From an uncultured Candidatus Rokubacteria bacterium (lineage in GTDB: Bacteria > Methylomirabilota > Methylomirabilia > Rokubacteriales > DASRDR01), in contig CAWGVS010000005.1 in assembly GCA_963826115.1 (NCBI GenBank), forward strand, positions 32,001 to 96,000: a stretch of DNA of 64,000 nt, in the 5' to 3' direction. The notes beneath the pieces are model-generated. The model saw nothing but the letters and a program-made list of their open reading frames with translations, had not been told where the DNA came from and did no database searches. Shown here piece after piece: positions 36,451-47,050 of this stretch; position 1 is the stretch's first letter; every line of letters begins with the position of its first letter. A program made the position numbers and the translations under genes.

Positions 36451-37439
36451 GCGCGGGCAGTCCGGGGGCGGAGGTAGCGGTAGACCGGTCGCGCGAGCGC
36501 GGCCGGCAGGAGCCGCAGCCCGAGGTACGCTCCCGTCCAGACGACATTGCCGGGGGAGGCCATGCAGAGCTCGTTCATCGCGCGGAGACGGGCGCGGAGC
36601 TCGGTCATCGCCTTGCTCCACGAGGACCGCCGGCGGAAGAGGTCGCGGGAGACCCGGTACCGGAGGAGGGGCTCCTCCAGGTTCGCGAAGGTCCAGCCGT
36701 AGCGCGTCAGGTCCACCCAGAGATGCATGTCCTCCGAGGGGTGGGTCGAGTAGCGAATGCCTTCGCTGAAGACCTCGGCCCGGAACACGACGGTCGGGTG
36801 CACGAACGGCGTCCGCTTGACGAGCTCCCGCTTGAGCGTGCCGTCGTCCGGTGGCAGGAGCTTCACGAGCTCCTCGCCGGTGTCCTCGTCGAACTCGAGG
36901 CAGCCGGCGCCCAGCACGGCGACCTCGGGGTGGCGCTCCAGGAAGGCGAGCTGCTTCGCGAGTCGCTCGGGATGGCAGACGTCGTCCGCGTCCATGCGCG
37001 CGATCACGTCGCAGCCGTCGCGGAGGGAGTCGTCGATCAGCCGGTTGAGCCCGGCGCCCAACCCCCGGTTGGCGGCCGCGAACTCGACGCGCACCCGCGG
37101 GTCGTCGAGCGCCTCGAGGAACGCGCGGACGCCCGTCTCGACCGGCCCGTCCACGTAGATCCGCAGCACGAGATCGGCGAACGTCTGTTCGAGGACGCTC
37201 CTGACGGCGTCGCGAAAGGGCCCCGGCCGGTCGCCGGCGTAGACGCACATGACGACCGACACGGTCGCCCGGCCGGTCGCCGGCGCGGCCGCCTCGAGCT
37301 CGACCGGGCTCGCGCTCTTGACCGTCCCGCCCGGCGTCACGACGTTCCGTCTCGCCGGGCCTGCCGTCTGTCCGACGAAGGACCGGCGCCAGCGTGCGCC
37401 TTCGGGGCGGAGTTCACGATGATCATGCGGGCGCCGCAT
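36447..37439 (-). CDS. GT2 glycosyltransferase (AmsE/WbbD-like)
   Basis: SVVMCVY, YVDGP, NRGLGAGLN, ARMDADD, RTPFVHPTVVFR, EDMHLW. True start probably nearer 37340. Confidence 0.85.
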   Translation of the reverse strand: MRRPHDHRELRPEGARWRRSFVGQTAGPARRNVVTPGGTVKSASPVELEAAAPATGRATVSVVMCVYAGDRPGPFRDAVRSVLEQTFADLVLRIYVDGPVETGVRAFLEALDDPRVRVEFAAANRGLGAGLNRLIDDSLRDGCDVIARMDADDVCHPERLAKQLAFLERHPEVAVLGAGCLEFDEDTGEELVKLLPPDDGTLKRELVKRTPFVHPTVVFRAEVFSEGIRYSTHPSEDMHLWVDLTRYGWTFANLEEPLLRYRVSRDLFRRRSSWSKAMTELRARLRAMNELCMASPGNVVWTGAYLGLRLLPAALARPVYRYLRPRTARA

Positions 37440-37463
37440 TGAAGCACCGCGCCCCGGATCACG

Positions 37464-38096
37464 TCAAGGAGCGCGGGCGCCGGGCACGCCGGCGCGGGGG
37501 CCCAGGGGATGGGCCGCGTCCCACCAGGCCGCGGCCGCGGATCCGGCGGCTCCGAGGGCGAACCCGGCGAGGACGTCCAGGGTCCAGTGCGCGTCGAGGA
37601 CCATGCGGGAGATTCCGATGGCCAGGGTCATCGTCACGACGGCGAACGCGATGACGCCCCGGAGGAGGGGCCCCAGCCCCGACCGGCCGACCAGGTAGAG
37701 CGTGGCCACGGCGAACGCCGCGACCGCGGTGGCGTGGCCGCTCGGGAATCCCAGCGCCGTCCCTCGGGGCCGGAGCCGGCCCACGAACTCCTGCAGCGCC
37801 TCGCCGGCCAGGGGCGCCACGACGAGGGCCAGGCACCAGAGCCACCAGCGGCGCCGGGCGTGCCGGGAGACGGCCAGGAGGAGGAGCACGCCGGGGGCGA
37901 TGCCCCACCACGTCCCGAGCGGCCGGATGGTGCGGGCGAGCGACCGGAGCTCCCGCGACGACGCGCCGCGGACGGCCGCGCGCAGGAGCGCCTCTCCCGG
38001 GACGACGCCGGTCATCGCCAGGAGCGCGGCGACGAGGACCACGCCGGCCGCCCAGAGCGTGGCGAGGCGCCAGGCGCGCGCCGAGGCGGGCGTCAC
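37464..38096 (-). CDS. PAP2-family membrane phosphatase
   Basis: GRLRP, FPSGHA, SRMVLDAHWTLDVLAG. Confidence 0.85.
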   Translation of the reverse strand: MTPASARAWRLATLWAAGVVLVAALLAMTGVVPGEALLRAAVRGASSRELRSLARTIRPLGTWWGIAPGVLLLLAVSRHARRRWWLWCLALVVAPLAGEALQEFVGRLRPRGTALGFPSGHATAVAAFAVATLYLVGRSGLGPLLRGVIAFAVVTMTLAIGISRMVLDAHWTLDVLAGFALGAAGSAAAAWWDAAHPLGPRAGVPGARAP

Positions 38097-38100
38097 GGCC

Positions 38101-38868
38101 TCACGCGCGGTCGCGCGCGGCGCCCTGCCAGTCGAGGCGCCGTCCCACCACGTGGACCAGGGAGTAGACGAGGAACGACAGGAGCGCCGCGAGGAGCGCG
38201 ACGGCGTACACCTGGTCGCCGCGGTACTGCTGCATGGCCCGGTTGATCACGTAGCCCAGCCCCGAGCCCGAGATCATCCACTCGGCGGCGATGGCCACGA
38301 TGATGCTGCCGCTCCCGGTGATCTCCTGGGCGGAGATGATGTACGGGAGCGCGTAGGGGAGGCGCACGTGGAGGAACGTCTCGAGGGCGCTGGCGTTCAG
38401 CACGCGCATGCGGTCGAGCACCACCGGGTCCGCGGCGAGGAGGCCCCGGTACGTGTTGACCATGACCGGGAAGAAGCCCGCGAGCACCACGATGGCGACC
38501 TTCGAGCCGAGCGTGTCACCGAGCGCGAGCGACAGGACCGTGACGAGGGCGACGTAGGGCACGTTGCGCAGCATGATCGCGGCGGGCATGACCAGCTGGC
38601 GCGCGAGCGGCAGCGCGACCAGGAGCGCGGCCAGCCCGATCCCGACCAGGTTCGCGAGAACGTAGCCCACCGCGGCGGCCTTCAGTGTCTCGACGAGGTG
38701 GTGCGTGATCAGCCCGCGGTCGGCGATCAGCGCCTGGAGGACCCGCTCGGGCCGCGGGATGACGAAGGCCGGGAGGCCGGTGGTCAGGATCGCGAGGTAC
38801 CAGAGGGCGAGGATCGACACCAGCGGCATCGTGACCTGGAGCAGGACCCGGGCGAGGGCGCGTATCAT
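38101..38868 (-). CDS. ABC transporter permease (SsuC/TauC type)
   Basis: FFPVMVNTYRGL, VRLPYALPYI, AIAAEW..SGSGLGY. ATG 38868. Confidence 0.88.
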   Translation of the reverse strand: MIRALARVLLQVTMPLVSILALWYLAILTTGLPAFVIPRPERVLQALIADRGLITHHLVETLKAAAVGYVLANLVGIGLAALLVALPLARQLVMPAAIMLRNVPYVALVTVLSLALGDTLGSKVAIVVLAGFFPVMVNTYRGLLAADPVVLDRMRVLNASALETFLHVRLPYALPYIISAQEITGSGSIIVAIAAEWMISGSGLGYVINRAMQQYRGDQVYAVALLAALLSFLVYSLVHVVGRRLDWQGAARDRA

Positions 38869-39629
38869 CGGCCGCCCGGCGTCCCGGCGCGCGACGGCCC
38901 GAAGAGCAGCCGTCGGATGTGGGCCGTCGTTTTCACGAACTCCGGGTCCTGGCGGAAGTCGGGGCTGCGGGGCCGGGGGGTCGGCACCCGGACCAGCTCG
39001 AGGACGCGGCCCGGCGCCGGCGAGAAGACCAGCACGCGGTCGGCGAGCAGTACGGCCTCGTCGATGTGGTGGGTCACGAACAGCACGGTCTTCGGCCGGC
39101 GCGCGAGCTCCTGCCCGAGCCACTCGCCGAGCTCCTCGCGCTTCATCTCGTCGAGCGCCGAGAAGGGCTCGTCCATCAGGAGCACCGGCGGGTCGTGGGC
39201 CAGCGCGCTGGCGATGTTCACCCGCTGGAGCATGCCCCCCGACAGGTGGTGGGGGCGCTTGCCCTCGTGCCCGGCGAGGCCGAACTCCCGGAGGAGCTCG
39301 GCCGCCGGGAAGCCCTCGCGCCGGGCGATCCGCTGCGTGAACACGACGTCGTCGATGGCGCGCTTCCAGGGCAGGACCGCGGGCCGCTGCGACACGAGGC
39401 CCAGGAGGCGCTGCCCGCGGGCGGCGCCGGCGGTCTGGGCGCCGACGCGGACCCCGCCGGTCGACGGGGATTCGAGGTCGGCGACGATGCGGAGGAGCGT
39501 GGTCTTCCCGCAGCCCGATGGGCCGACGAGGGCCACGAACTCGCCGGCGTCGACCGCGAGGTCCATCCGGTCGAGCGCCAGGGTCTCTCCGAAGCGGCGG
39601 GAGACGCCGTCGATCGAGATCGGCAGCAC
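38865..39629 (-). CDS. ABC transporter ATP-binding protein (SsuB/TauB type)
   Basis: GPSGCGKT, LSGGMLQR, LLMDEPFSALD, VTHHIDEA. Confidence 0.92.
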   Translation of the reverse strand: MLPISIDGVSRRFGETLALDRMDLAVDAGEFVALVGPSGCGKTTLLRIVADLESPSTGGVRVGAQTAGAARGQRLLGLVSQRPAVLPWKRAIDDVVFTQRIARREGFPAAELLREFGLAGHEGKRPHHLSGGMLQRVNIASALAHDPPVLLMDEPFSALDEMKREELGEWLGQELARRPKTVLFVTHHIDEAVLLADRVLVFSPAPGRVLELVRVPTPRPRSPDFRQDPEFVKTTAHIRRLLFGPSRAGTPGGR

Positions 39630-39713
39630 CGGCTCAGGCTCCGATCCGCCGGCGTGCGCGCCGGCCGGCGCGCGAGGGCGCCCGGCGAGCGTCCCCCGCG
39701 GCTCGCCGCGCCG

Positions 39714-40751
39714 TCAGCGCTTGATGCCCGGATTGAACCCGTTCGTCATCATCTCCTCCGTCGGGACGACGCGCGGGATCTGCTCGTACTCCTTGTAGAA
39801 GGCCATCATTTCCTCCCAGACCGCGGGGTTCATCCAGAGGAGGCCGTTCTTCTTGGTGTCCTCGCTCGTGAACAGGGCGTTCTGGATCTTCCAGCGCCAC
39901 GCCAGCTTGTCCGCCTTCTCGACCTGCTCGGGGAAGCTCGCCACGAGCTGCACCGTCTCATCGGGGTTGTCGAGGATGTACTGCATGCCCCGGGCGAGCG
40001 CCCGCATGTAGCGCCGGACCAGGTCCGGGTTCTCGCGCACGGTCTTGCCGGTGGCGAAGATCACGTCGGAGTAGCTCCGGATCCCCCAGTCGGCGTAGCG
40101 CATGGCCTTCCAGGTCTTGCCCTTCAGGCGCGCGGCCGCGTCGGGCTTGGCGATCTCCTGCTCGATGAGGAACGGCTGGTTCGTCACCCACCCGGTGAAG
40201 AAGTCGACGCGGCCCACCAGGAGCGGCTCGGCGTTCGCCTGGACGACCTCGACCTTCACCTTGGAGACGTCCACGCCGTGCTTCTTGGCGAACGCCTTCA
40301 GGAAGATCTCGCCGTCCGACTGCATCCCGAGGACCTTGCCCTCGAGATCCTTCGGCTTCGGGTCGGGCTCGCCCGGGCTGCCGAGCGTGATGTAGCTGTA
40401 GGGCCCCTTCTGGAGCAGGGTCCCGACCGCCACCACGTCCACCGGGTCCTTGGCGAGCCGGGCCTGGAAGACGTTGTTGCCGCCGGCCGTGATCCCGAAC
40501 GTGGCCTGGCCGGCCCCCACGATCGGCACCGGGTTCTTGCCGGGGCCGCCGTCCATGATGCGGTGCCGGATGCCTTCCTCGGTGAAGAAGCCCTTGGCCT
40601 CGGCGACCATGACGGGGGCGAATTCCCCGTTGCGGAGCCAGCCGAGCTGGGTCCGGACCTCGACCTGGGCCAGGGCCGGAGAGGGCGCCATCCAGCCGAG
40701 GCCCGCCAGGAGCGCGAGGGCGAGCGAGAGCGCGAAGCGAGAGCTAGCCAT
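39714..40751 (-). CDS. ABC substrate-binding protein (NMT1/THI5-like)
   Basis: Signal peptide, QLGWLRNGEFAP..VA..KGFFTEEGI, GGPG, GWVTNQP, YSDVIFAT. ATG 40751 follows GGAGGAG. Confidence 0.85.
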   Translation of the reverse strand: MASSRFALSLALALLAGLGWMAPSPALAQVEVRTQLGWLRNGEFAPVMVAEAKGFFTEEGIRHRIMDGGPGKNPVPIVGAGQATFGITAGGNNVFQARLAKDPVDVVAVGTLLQKGPYSYITLGSPGEPDPKPKDLEGKVLGMQSDGEIFLKAFAKKHGVDVSKVKVEVVQANAEPLLVGRVDFFTGWVTNQPFLIEQEIAKPDAAARLKGKTWKAMRYADWGIRSYSDVIFATGKTVRENPDLVRRYMRALARGMQYILDNPDETVQLVASFPEQVEKADKLAWRWKIQNALFTSEDTKKNGLLWMNPAVWEEMMAFYKEYEQIPRVVPTEEMMTNGFNPGIKR

Positions 40752-41796
40752 GGCGTCGGTCTCCTCCATAGCGGGCGTTGGGGGCGAACTCGCGGAAGAG
40801 CGAGCCGCTGCGGTCGGCGCAGTGGCAGCTCGCCGAGCCGTCGGGCTCCGCCGCGGACTCGGCGAGGGCCTCGATCACCATGCGGCCCATGGCGGGCCCG
40901 CAGCGGCGGTAGATGGCGCGGAGGTCGGCGTGCTCGAACTCCCCGAGCCCCTCGGCCGGGTTGACCACGATCGAGAGGATGCCGAGACACATGCCGTGCA
41001 TACGGGCGAGCCGGAACTCGGGGCCGGCCGTCTTGCCGACCAGGTCGAGCCCGAGCCGCCGATAGATCCGGTCCTCCGTCGGCGTCTCGAACCAGGGGCC
41101 CGGCGTGTGGACGTACAGCGCGCCGGCCTTGACCTTCGGCTGCGCGCCGTCGCCGGCCAGGGCCGCCAGGCCGGCCAGCCCGCGCTTCGCGGCGCCCTCG
41201 AGGCTCGCGGCCAGCCGCGGGCACATGGGATCCCGGAACCGGATGAGGCCCGGCGGGACCGGACGCGGCACGACGCCGGAGAGGTCGAGGACGTCGCCGA
41301 CCACGGCGAGGTCCCACGGCCGGAGGTCCTCCGAGACCCCGCCGGTACTGTTGTCCACGAGCACGCGGCGGACCCCCGCGCGCGCCAGAACGTCGAACAC
41401 GCGCTCGCTGGCCCGCGCGCTGTTGCCCGGCGCGTCGGAACGGTTCTCCGGGTCGATCCCGTGCATCCAGACGTACAGGTAGTCCGTCGAGCGACCGGCG
41501 AGCCGGTCGGTCAGGCGGCAGAGCCGGAACGGCGGGGACGGGCCGTACGGCGTGGCGAGCTGGATGTCCGCCCGGACCACCTCGACCGAGAGATGCGGGT
41601 GTCCCGCCAGCGCGCCGTCCGGGTAGGGGAAAGCCCACGTGCCGGACCCGCCGATGTGGGCGAGCGGTACCTGGGGCGGCTCTGGCGTCACGTGGTCGGT
41701 GTCCGTGACCGGATCGGGGAGCGTCCCGCGCACGACGCGCGGGGGTGGGCCCGTCCGGGCGGGCCCAGGATAGTCGAGGACTCGCGCGGTCCACAA
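40744..41796 (-). CDS. MTAP/MTI-phosphorylase-like nucleoside phosphorylase (divergent)
   Basis: HIGGSG, TPYGPSP, DPMCPRL, GPWFETPTE, DLVGKT.GPE..LAR, IVVNPAEG. Start uncertain, possibly about 41690. Confidence 0.75.
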   Translation of the reverse strand: MWTARVLDYPGPARTGPPPRVVRGTLPDPVTDTDHVTPEPPQVPLAHIGGSGTWAFPYPDGALAGHPHLSVEVVRADIQLATPYGPSPPFRLCRLTDRLAGRSTDYLYVWMHGIDPENRSDAPGNSARASERVFDVLARAGVRRVLVDNSTGGVSEDLRPWDLAVVGDVLDLSGVVPRPVPPGLIRFRDPMCPRLAASLEGAAKRGLAGLAALAGDGAQPKVKAGALYVHTPGPWFETPTEDRIYRRLGLDLVGKTAGPEFRLARMHGMCLGILSIVVNPAEGLGEFEHADLRAIYRRCGPAMGRMVIEALAESAAEPDGSASCHCADRSGSLFREFAPNARYGGDRRHG

Positions 41797-41844
41797 GGGG
41801 CCGGCGGCCGCCCGGCTCGCTCGGACGCGCCGGCGCCGCGGGCG

Positions 41845-42273
41845 TCAGTTCATCCGGAGACCCGGGACGTGGAACTCGAGGACGCGCAGCACGAAGGTGG
41901 CCTCGCGGCCCATTGGCGTGAGCTCGACGGCGAACGGGATGGTCGGATCGCCGAACTCCGACCGGAGGTACGTGGTGCCGCGGCTGACGATCCGGCCGTC
42001 CGCGTCCAGACCGAAGAGCGCGAGCGTCAAACGGGCCTCGGCGTCGATCGACGGGACGATGCGCCCCACCGCGCGGACCACCGTGGGCTCCTGCTGGAGA
42101 GCGTAGCGGATGGTGAAGAGCTGCTCGTTCACGCGCAGGGGGAGCTCTGCCGGAACGTCGACCCGGGGGCCGGTCGCGCACCCCGCCAGGAGAGCCAGCG
42201 CCCCGCCTGCGCTGAGCGCCCGGAGGGTGCGGCGCGAGGGACGGGGGCTCGCGGACGATCGCCGGGCGGTCAT
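41845..42273 (-). CDS. Hypothetical lipoprotein
   Basis: Lipobox LLAGC after a basic and hydrophobic N-terminus; ATGA overlap with the DMT gene. Confidence 0.7.
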   Translation of the reverse strand: MTARRSSASPRPSRRTLRALSAGGALALLAGCATGPRVDVPAELPLRVNEQLFTIRYALQQEPTVVRAVGRIVPSIDAEARLTLALFGLDADGRIVSRGTTYLRSEFGDPTIPFAVELTPMGREATFVLRVLEFHVPGLRMN

Positions 42274-43232
42274 GTCGACTGCTTCCTCGGCGTTGCGCCG
42301 GCGCGTGCCCCGGAAGACGATTCGGACGCCTTGCCCCGGAGACCGCGGACGAGGATGGCCAACCCGCTCACGACGAGGACCAGGGCACCGAGCTCCGGCC
42401 ACCCCACGGGCTCGCCGAGGAGCAGCGCGCTCCCGAAGAGGCCCACGATCGGGATGCCGAGCGTGCCGATCGCCGCGACGCTTGCCGGGAGGATGGCCAC
42501 GAGACGGAACCAGGCCCAGTGGCAGAAGATCGCGCCGACGAACGTGGCGTACGCCGTGCCGAGGAGCGCGACCGACGAGGGCACTGTCGGCCAGAGCGGC
42601 GCCCCGCGGTGGCTCAGGACGGCCAGGCGGATCGCCTCGCCGACGACGATCGGGACGCCGCCGAGGAGGACCTGCCAGCCGGTCAGGAGCGCCGTCGGCA
42701 TGGTCCAGCGATACGTCTTGATGAGCACGGTGCCGACGGCCCAGGCCATGGCCGCCGCCAGCATGACCAGCGTGCCGGCCGGGGCGGCCCGGAGCGCCCC
42801 CGCCTCGGGGGCGAGCAGCGAGGCGAGGCCGAGGAGACCCAGCCCGAGCGCGACGAGACGGTCCAGGGTGATCCGCTCGCCCACCAGGAGGCGGCCGAAG
42901 ACCACGGTCCAGAGCGGCATCGTGTAGCCGAGGATCGCCGCCCGGCCGGCCTGGATCAGGGTGAGCCCGTAGGCGGAGCAGAGATGCCAGGCCGTGATGT
43001 TGAAGAACGCCACGACGCAGAGGGGCCACCGCTGGTCGCGGGGCACGCGGAGGCTCTGGCCGCCCGAGCGGACCAGGGCGAGGAGCCCGCCGCCTCCCAC
43101 CATGAGGCAGATCGTCCGGAACGTCCACGGATCGATCTCGCGGAGCGCGACCTTCATCGCCGGCCAGTTGCTTCCCCAGAGCACGGTGAGCGCGCCCAGG
43201 AGGAGCAGGCCGCCGAGCGGCAGAGTGCTCAC
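42270..43232 (-). CDS. DMT/EamA-family transporter
   Basis: LWGSNWPAMK, AAILGYTMPLW, AMAWAVGTV, LLLGEP. Start reassigned to GTG 43232. Confidence 0.88.
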   Translation of the reverse strand: MSTLPLGGLLLLGALTVLWGSNWPAMKVALREIDPWTFRTICLMVGGGGLLALVRSGGQSLRVPRDQRWPLCVVAFFNITAWHLCSAYGLTLIQAGRAAILGYTMPLWTVVFGRLLVGERITLDRLVALGLGLLGLASLLAPEAGALRAAPAGTLVMLAAAMAWAVGTVLIKTYRWTMPTALLTGWQVLLGGVPIVVGEAIRLAVLSHRGAPLWPTVPSSVALLGTAYATFVGAIFCHWAWFRLVAILPASVAAIGTLGIPIVGLFGSALLLGEPVGWPELGALVLVVSGLAILVRGLRGKASESSSGARAGATPRKQST

Positions 43233-43290
43233 CGGGCGCGGTCGGGACGCAGGGCGCGGGCGCGCGGGCGCCCCCGGTCGAGCGTGTCCG

Positions 43291-45291
43291 TCAACGGGCT
43301 CCGCGCGCGAGCGTGTCGACGATCGTGTCGACGTCGTAGACACACCCGCCCCACGTGCCGCCGCCCACCGCCTGGAGCGCCGCCCAGAGGCGGGTCTCCG
43401 GCGGGAGGTCGGGGTCGGCCGCGAGGTCGGGCCGGGGCGCCCGGCTGGCGAGGACGCGCGCCCCCTCGGCGGGGTCCCACTCGCGGTCCCCGTGGCCGAC
43501 CAGGTCGATCGAGCCCTCGAGCCGGTTGCGGTCGACGACGATCCGCACGCGATCGCCCTCGACCAGCTTGCCGACGGGTCCGCCGGCCAGGGCTTCGGGC
43601 GCGACGTGCCCGATGCACGCGCCGGTCGACACGCCGGAGAAGCGGGCGTCCGTCAGCACCGCGACGTGCTTGCCGAACGACAGGTGCTTGAGGGCGGCCG
43701 TGATCTGGTAGATCTCCTCCATCCCGGTCCCCAGCGGCCCCCGGCAGATGAGGACCAGGACGTCGCCCGCCTTCACGCCCTCGGGCCCCGTGCTCTTGAT
43801 CGCGGCGATCGCGGCCCGCTCGGTGGTGAACACGCGCGCGGGCCCGGTCTTCCGGTAGACGCCGTCGGCGTCGACGACGGACGGATCGATGGCGGTGCTC
43901 TTGATGACCGAGCCCTCGGGGGCGAGGTTGCCGCGCGGGAAGGTGATCGTGCTGGTGAGGCCCCGCGCGCGCGCCTGCTCCGGCGACATGATCACGTCGT
44001 CGGCGTCGACCCCGTCCTGCGCGCGGAGACGCTCGCGGAGCGCGCGCCGTCGCGCCGAGCCCTCCCACCAGTCGAGCGTTCGCCCGAGCGTGTCGCCGGC
44101 CGCGGTGAGACAGTCGAGCTCGAGGAGACCAAGCCGCCGGAGGTGGAGCATGACCTCGGGCACGCCGCCGGCCATGAAGACGCGCACCGTCGGGTGGTAG
44201 CGCGGCCCGTTCGGCAGCACGTCGACGATCCGGGGCACGCGGCGGTTGATCGCGGTCCAGTCGTCGACGGTGGGCCGCCGGAGCCCCGCCGCGTGGGCGA
44301 TCGCCGTCAGGTGGAGGAGGAGGTTCGTCGACCCGCCGAAGGCGGCGTGGACGGTCATGGCGTTCCGCACCGCGGCGTCGGTCAGGATGTCGCGCGTCGC
44401 GAGCCCGCGGGACTCCAGCGCGACCAGCGCCCGAGCGGAGCGTCGCGCCATGTCGAGCCAGATCGGCTGGCCCGACGGCGCGAGGGCCGAGTGGGGCAGG
44501 GCGAGCCCGAGCGCCTCGCCGACGACCTGGGACGTCGCCGCGGTGCCGAGGAACTGGCAGCCGCCTCCGGCCGAGCCGCAGGCGCGGCAGCCCATGTCGG
44601 CCGCGCGCTCGAGCGTGATCTCCCCGTGGGCGAAGCGGGCGCCGATCGACTGCACGGTGCCGGCGTCCTCCGCGTCGCGAGCGGGCAGCGTCACGCCACC
44701 GGGAACGAGGACGCACGAGAGGCTTCGCATGCCCGCGAGCGCCATCATCATTGCGGGGAGGCCCTTGTCGCATGTGGCGACGCCGAGTACGCCCCGGCGC
44801 GTGGGCAGGGAGCGGATGAGGCGCCGGAAGACCTGCGCGGCGTCGTTCCGGTACGGGAGGCTGTCCATCATGCCCACCGTGCCCTGGGTCCGGCCGTCGC
44901 AGGGGTCGGTGACGAAACCGGCGAACGGCAGGCACTCGAGGCCGCGCAGCTCCTCGGCCGCCGCCTGCATGAGGAGCCCCACCTCCCAGTGCCCCGTGTG
45001 GTAGCCGAGGGCGACCGGTCGGCCGTCCGGCGCGCGGATGCCGCCCTGGGTCGAGAGGATGAGGAACTGCGGCCGTCCGAGCTCCCGCGGGTCCCACCCC
45101 ATGCCCGCGTTCTGCGTCCATCCGAAGAGGTCGCCGCTCGGCCCGTCGAGGAGCATCTCGGGCGTCAACGGCAGCCGGCCCGCCGGCCCGGCGCCGACGG
45201 TCGTGACCTCGAGGAGCCCGCGCGCGTCCGCGTCGCTTCCGACGATCTCCTCGAATGCGATGCTCGTGCCCAGGCGTTGCCGTCCGCTCAT
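43291..45291 (-). CDS. YjhG/YagF-family D-xylonate dehydratase (IlvD/Edd family)
   Basis: [61 protein letters not shown]. Confidence 0.92.
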   Translation of the reverse strand: MSGRQRLGTSIAFEEIVGSDADARGLLEVTTVGAGPAGRLPLTPEMLLDGPSGDLFGWTQNAGMGWDPRELGRPQFLILSTQGGIRAPDGRPVALGYHTGHWEVGLLMQAAAEELRGLECLPFAGFVTDPCDGRTQGTVGMMDSLPYRNDAAQVFRRLIRSLPTRRGVLGVATCDKGLPAMMMALAGMRSLSCVLVPGGVTLPARDAEDAGTVQSIGARFAHGEITLERAADMGCRACGSAGGGCQFLGTAATSQVVGEALGLALPHSALAPSGQPIWLDMARRSARALVALESRGLATRDILTDAAVRNAMTVHAAFGGSTNLLLHLTAIAHAAGLRRPTVDDWTAINRRVPRIVDVLPNGPRYHPTVRVFMAGGVPEVMLHLRRLGLLELDCLTAAGDTLGRTLDWWEGSARRRALRERLRAQDGVDADDVIMSPEQARARGLTSTITFPRGNLAPEGSVIKSTAIDPSVVDADGVYRKTGPARVFTTERAAIAAIKSTGPEGVKAGDVLVLICRGPLGTGMEEIYQITAALKHLSFGKHVAVLTDARFSGVSTGACIGHVAPEALAGGPVGKLVEGDRVRIVVDRNRLEGSIDLVGHGDREWDPAEGARVLASRAPRPDLAADPDLPPETRLWAALQAVGGGTWGGCVYDVDTIVDTLARGAR

Positions 45292-45360
45292 TGGTCGCTC
45301 CTCCGCGCGCTCGCCGGTGGCGGCGCTCCGCCAGTGTACACGGGCCTCGCGGCCCGGGGG

Positions 45361-47004
45361 CTACCGGTCGGCGCGGAGCGCGCGCTCGGCCAGGGCCGGC
45401 GGGAGCCCGCCGCTCCCCGCGAGCCGGTCGTGGAAGCCCCGGAGGCTCGGGGCGTCGCGCCGGTCGCCGAGGTACCGGTCGCGGATCGCCAGGATCTCGA
45501 GGCAGCCCACCAGGTACGCCGACGCCTGGGTGGGCCACGCGGCGTAGCGCGCGACCTCGGCTCGCGCCGTCGGCTCCGTCAGGTTCGCCCGCTCCATCAT
45601 GAATCGCCGGGCGTCGTCGAGCGTCATGTCGCCGGCGTGGAGGCTCGTGTCGACGACGATCCGGGCCGCGCGGAAGAGGAGCGCCTCGACCTGGAACAGC
45701 TCGTGGCGCGGATCGGTGAAGAATCCCTGCTCCCGCATCATCTGCTCGGCGTAGAGGGCCCACCCCTCGCTGAAGTAGGGCGTGCGGAACGTGAGGCGCA
45801 CCGGGCTCGGGTGCGCCTTCATCGTGACCAGATGCCAGTGGTGGCCCGGGTAGGTCTCGTGAACGGCGGTGGTCGGGATGCCGGCGTGGCTGTTGTTCTC
45901 GAGGCGCTGCCGGACCTCGTCCGGGTCCGCGCCGTCCGGCGGGAACGGGACGAAGAAGTGGCCGCGCCGGGACGGCGAGAACGGGGGCGGGCTCGCGTAG
46001 GACGCCACCGCCAGCACCGGGCGCTGGAAAGGCGGCGACGGCTCGACGTCGCACTCCTCGCCCTCGGGGAGGGTCACCAGCTCGCGCTCGCGGAGGAACG
46101 CCCGGGCGCGCTCGGTCCAGTCCGCGTAGGCGACGCGCATCGCCTCGGGGGACGCGGGATGGTCCCGGTTCAGCTCGGCGAGCACGGCCGGCCAATCGTC
46201 CGACCCGGCCACGCGCCGGGAGAGATCGCGGAGCTCGGCCGAGAGCCGCTCGTACTCGCGGCGCCCGCGCTCGCGGAGGGCGCCGGCGTCGAGCGGGACG
46301 TGCTCCTTGTCGCGGAGCAGCCGGCTGTAGCGGGACTCGCCGAGGGCGAAGTCGCCGCCCGCCCGGCCGCGGAGGTCCTCGAGGAAGAGCGCGAACTCCT
46401 CGAAGGCCCTCGCGGCGACCGCGCCGGCCTCGGCGAGCGCGGTCCGGAGGTCGGGGTCGCGCGCCTCGGCGGGGAGCAGCACGCCCACGTACCGGGCGCC
46501 GGCGCGCGCCTGGCCGATCGCGCGGTCGACGAACACCGGAGCGACGAGCGCGGGATCGAGGTTCCGCCGCCCGTGGTCGAGCATCTCGGGGATCCCGCGG
46601 AGCCGGGCGACGGCGTCGCGGACGAGCGCGGGCTCGGGGCGCAGGCGATGGAGGAAGAGGCCGAAGACCCCGTGGAGCCCGGGCCCCAGGTAGACCTCGG
46701 GCTGGCGGCGCCACGCGGCCCACTCGGCGGTGATCGCGCGTCCGGCCAGGACGGAGAGGACGAGGTCGCGGTCGACGCGCTCGCCGGCCGTGAGCCCGTC
46801 GTCGGGGACGGCACGGAAGCGCTCCCGCCAGGCGTCGCTCCGGCGGCGCCGCGCCTCGAACGCCGTGGCGGACAGATCGTCGAGGCGCCCGTCGTACTCG
46901 GTGAGGCCGAGCCCGCTCGCCATGACCGGCGAGGCCTCGCGCTCCTCCGCGAGGAACTCCCGGCACAGCGCGCCGAACGGGGTCAGACCTTGCTTCGGGG
47001 ACAA
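45361..47004 (-). CDS. DUF885-family protein (zincin-like)
   Basis: AVHETYPGHH, FSEGWALYAE, LFRAARIVVDT.LH, PTQASAYLVG, FHDRL. Start uncertain (TTG 47004). Confidence 0.85.
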   Translation of the reverse strand: MSPKQGLTPFGALCREFLAEEREASPVMASGLGLTEYDGRLDDLSATAFEARRRRSDAWRERFRAVPDDGLTAGERVDRDLVLSVLAGRAITAEWAAWRRQPEVYLGPGLHGVFGLFLHRLRPEPALVRDAVARLRGIPEMLDHGRRNLDPALVAPVFVDRAIGQARAGARYVGVLLPAEARDPDLRTALAEAGAVAARAFEEFALFLEDLRGRAGGDFALGESRYSRLLRDKEHVPLDAGALRERGRREYERLSAELRDLSRRVAGSDDWPAVLAELNRDHPASPEAMRVAYADWTERARAFLRERELVTLPEGEECDVEPSPPFQRPVLAVASYASPPPFSPSRRGHFFVPFPPDGADPDEVRQRLENNSHAGIPTTAVHETYPGHHWHLVTMKAHPSPVRLTFRTPYFSEGWALYAEQMMREQGFFTDPRHELFQVEALLFRAARIVVDTSLHAGDMTLDDARRFMMERANLTEPTARAEVARYAAWPTQASAYLVGCLEILAIRDRYLGDRRDAPSLRGFHDRLAGSGGLPPALAERALRADR

Positions 47005-47050
47005 GTCAGTCGGAGCAGCCGGATTGTCCGGATGACGAAGGCTGACCCGG

